DNA from: Patescibacteria group bacterium
GTDB taxonomy: Bacteria > Acidobacteriota > Aminicenantia > UBA2199
Assembly: GCA_035528155.1 (NCBI GenBank)
Contig: DATKZA010000014.1
Span: 419 to 64,418 of the forward strand
Length of the DNA stretch: 64,000 bases
Reading direction: 5' to 3'
Shown here in pieces: positions 63,467 to 64,000 of this stretch. The position numbers were made by a program, and so were the translations under genes. The notes below the pieces were generated by a model. The model was not told the origin of the DNA. It made no database searches and saw nothing but the letters and a program-made list of their open reading frames with translations. The stretch's first letter is position 1. Each line of letters begins with the position of its first letter.

Positions 63467-63525
63467 GGTTCACCTCATTTTGATTTCATCACTTCGCACC
63501 GCGGTCTGTGGTCTCCGGATTCCAT

Positions 63526-64000
63526 TTATTCATATCTCAAGCTGTCGACCGGGTTGGCGCGGGCGGCCTTGATGGACTGGTAACCGACGGCGAGCATGGC
63601 GATGATCAGGGCCATAAGTCCGGAAATGAAGAAAATGCCGACACCGATGTTGATGCGGTACGCAAACTCCCGCAGCCATTCGTTCATGAAATAGTAGGCC
63701 AGCGGCCAGGCGATCAGGTTGGCCAGCAAAACGCACTGGATAAATTCACGGGAAAAGAACCCGACAATACCGGCGACCGAGGCTCCGAGAACTTTGCGGA
63801 TGCCGATCTCCTTGGTTTTCTGTTCGGCCAGGAAAGCCGCCAGGCCGTAGAGCCCCAGGCAGGAAATGAATAAGGCCAGGGCGCCAAGGCCGTTGATCAG
63901 CGTACCCAGCTTCTCCTGGGAACGGTACAACTGGTCGTAGTCCTGGTCCAGGAAACGGTATTCAAAGGGGATTCCCGGATTCAGCCGTGTGAAGGTCTTT
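63526..64000 (-). CDS. C-terminal part of a third permease paralog (5' end outside window)
   Basis: The frame stays open to base 64000 (...KTFTRLNPGIPFEYRFLDQDYDQLYRSQEKLG...), aligned with the equivalent FEYAFLDES.. / FEPHFLDQD.. segments of the other two. Ends ARANPVDSLRYE. Confidence 0.85.
   Translation of the reverse strand, partial: KTFTRLNPGIPFEYRFLDQDYDQLYRSQEKLGTLINGLGALALFISCLGLYGLAAFLAEQKTKEIGIRKVLGASVAGIVGFFSREFIQCVLLANLIAWPLAYYFMNEWLREFAYRINIGVGIFFISGLMALIIAMLAVGYQSIKAARANPVDSLRYE

Overview
This 64-kb window comes from a GC-rich diderm bacterium. Spot counts of single 60-nt lines give about 60-68% GC in core genes. PFOR, NifX-like/DUF134 genes, LpxI and very large duplicated-FtsX 'ADOP-type' permeases would fit an Acidobacteriota/Aminicenantes-like anaerobe, but I cannot assign a taxon from sequence alone.

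Positions 1-39.1 kb are mostly housekeeping genes, many joined by ATGA-type start/stop overlaps:
- a wHTH + nucleotidyltransferase pair
- ltaE, PP2C phosphatase, dnaE and guaA (one minus-strand chain)
- mutM
- Ser/Thr kinase + PAP2 phosphatase
- NifX-like + DUF134
- RND efflux adaptor and pump
- pyruvate:ferredoxin oxidoreductase
- tsaC, pgsA, a deoxyhypusine-synthase-like gene and rarA
- AMMECR1 and yjbQ
- dtd
- the envelope cluster bamA-skp-fabZ-lpxA-lpxI-oxidoreductase-serine hydrolase-tonB
- a thermonuclease, an MFS transporter and an M90 peptidase

Positions 39.1-51.6 kb are the unusual part. Eleven co-directional genes plus one gene remnant all encode signal-peptide or membrane proteins, and most have no recognisable function. 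The first ~8 kb is visibly AT-rich (spot lines ~35-45% GC). Five co-oriented copies of a promoter-like/palindrome/mini-ORF element punctuate this stretch.

The island abuts an ECF sigma/anti-sigma pair and a membrane GAF-PP2C phosphatase. The window ends with a minus-strand ABC export operon: three tandem ~800-aa permease paralogs (the last truncated by the window edge), two tiny unknown ORFs, one ATPase and TolC.

A second recurring non-coding signal is a family of inverted repeats built from degenerate 6-7-nt tandem units. These sit directly against stop codons at three loci.

I found no rRNA, tRNA, CRISPR array, integrase or transposase. All product calls are motif- and memory-based; no database search was possible.
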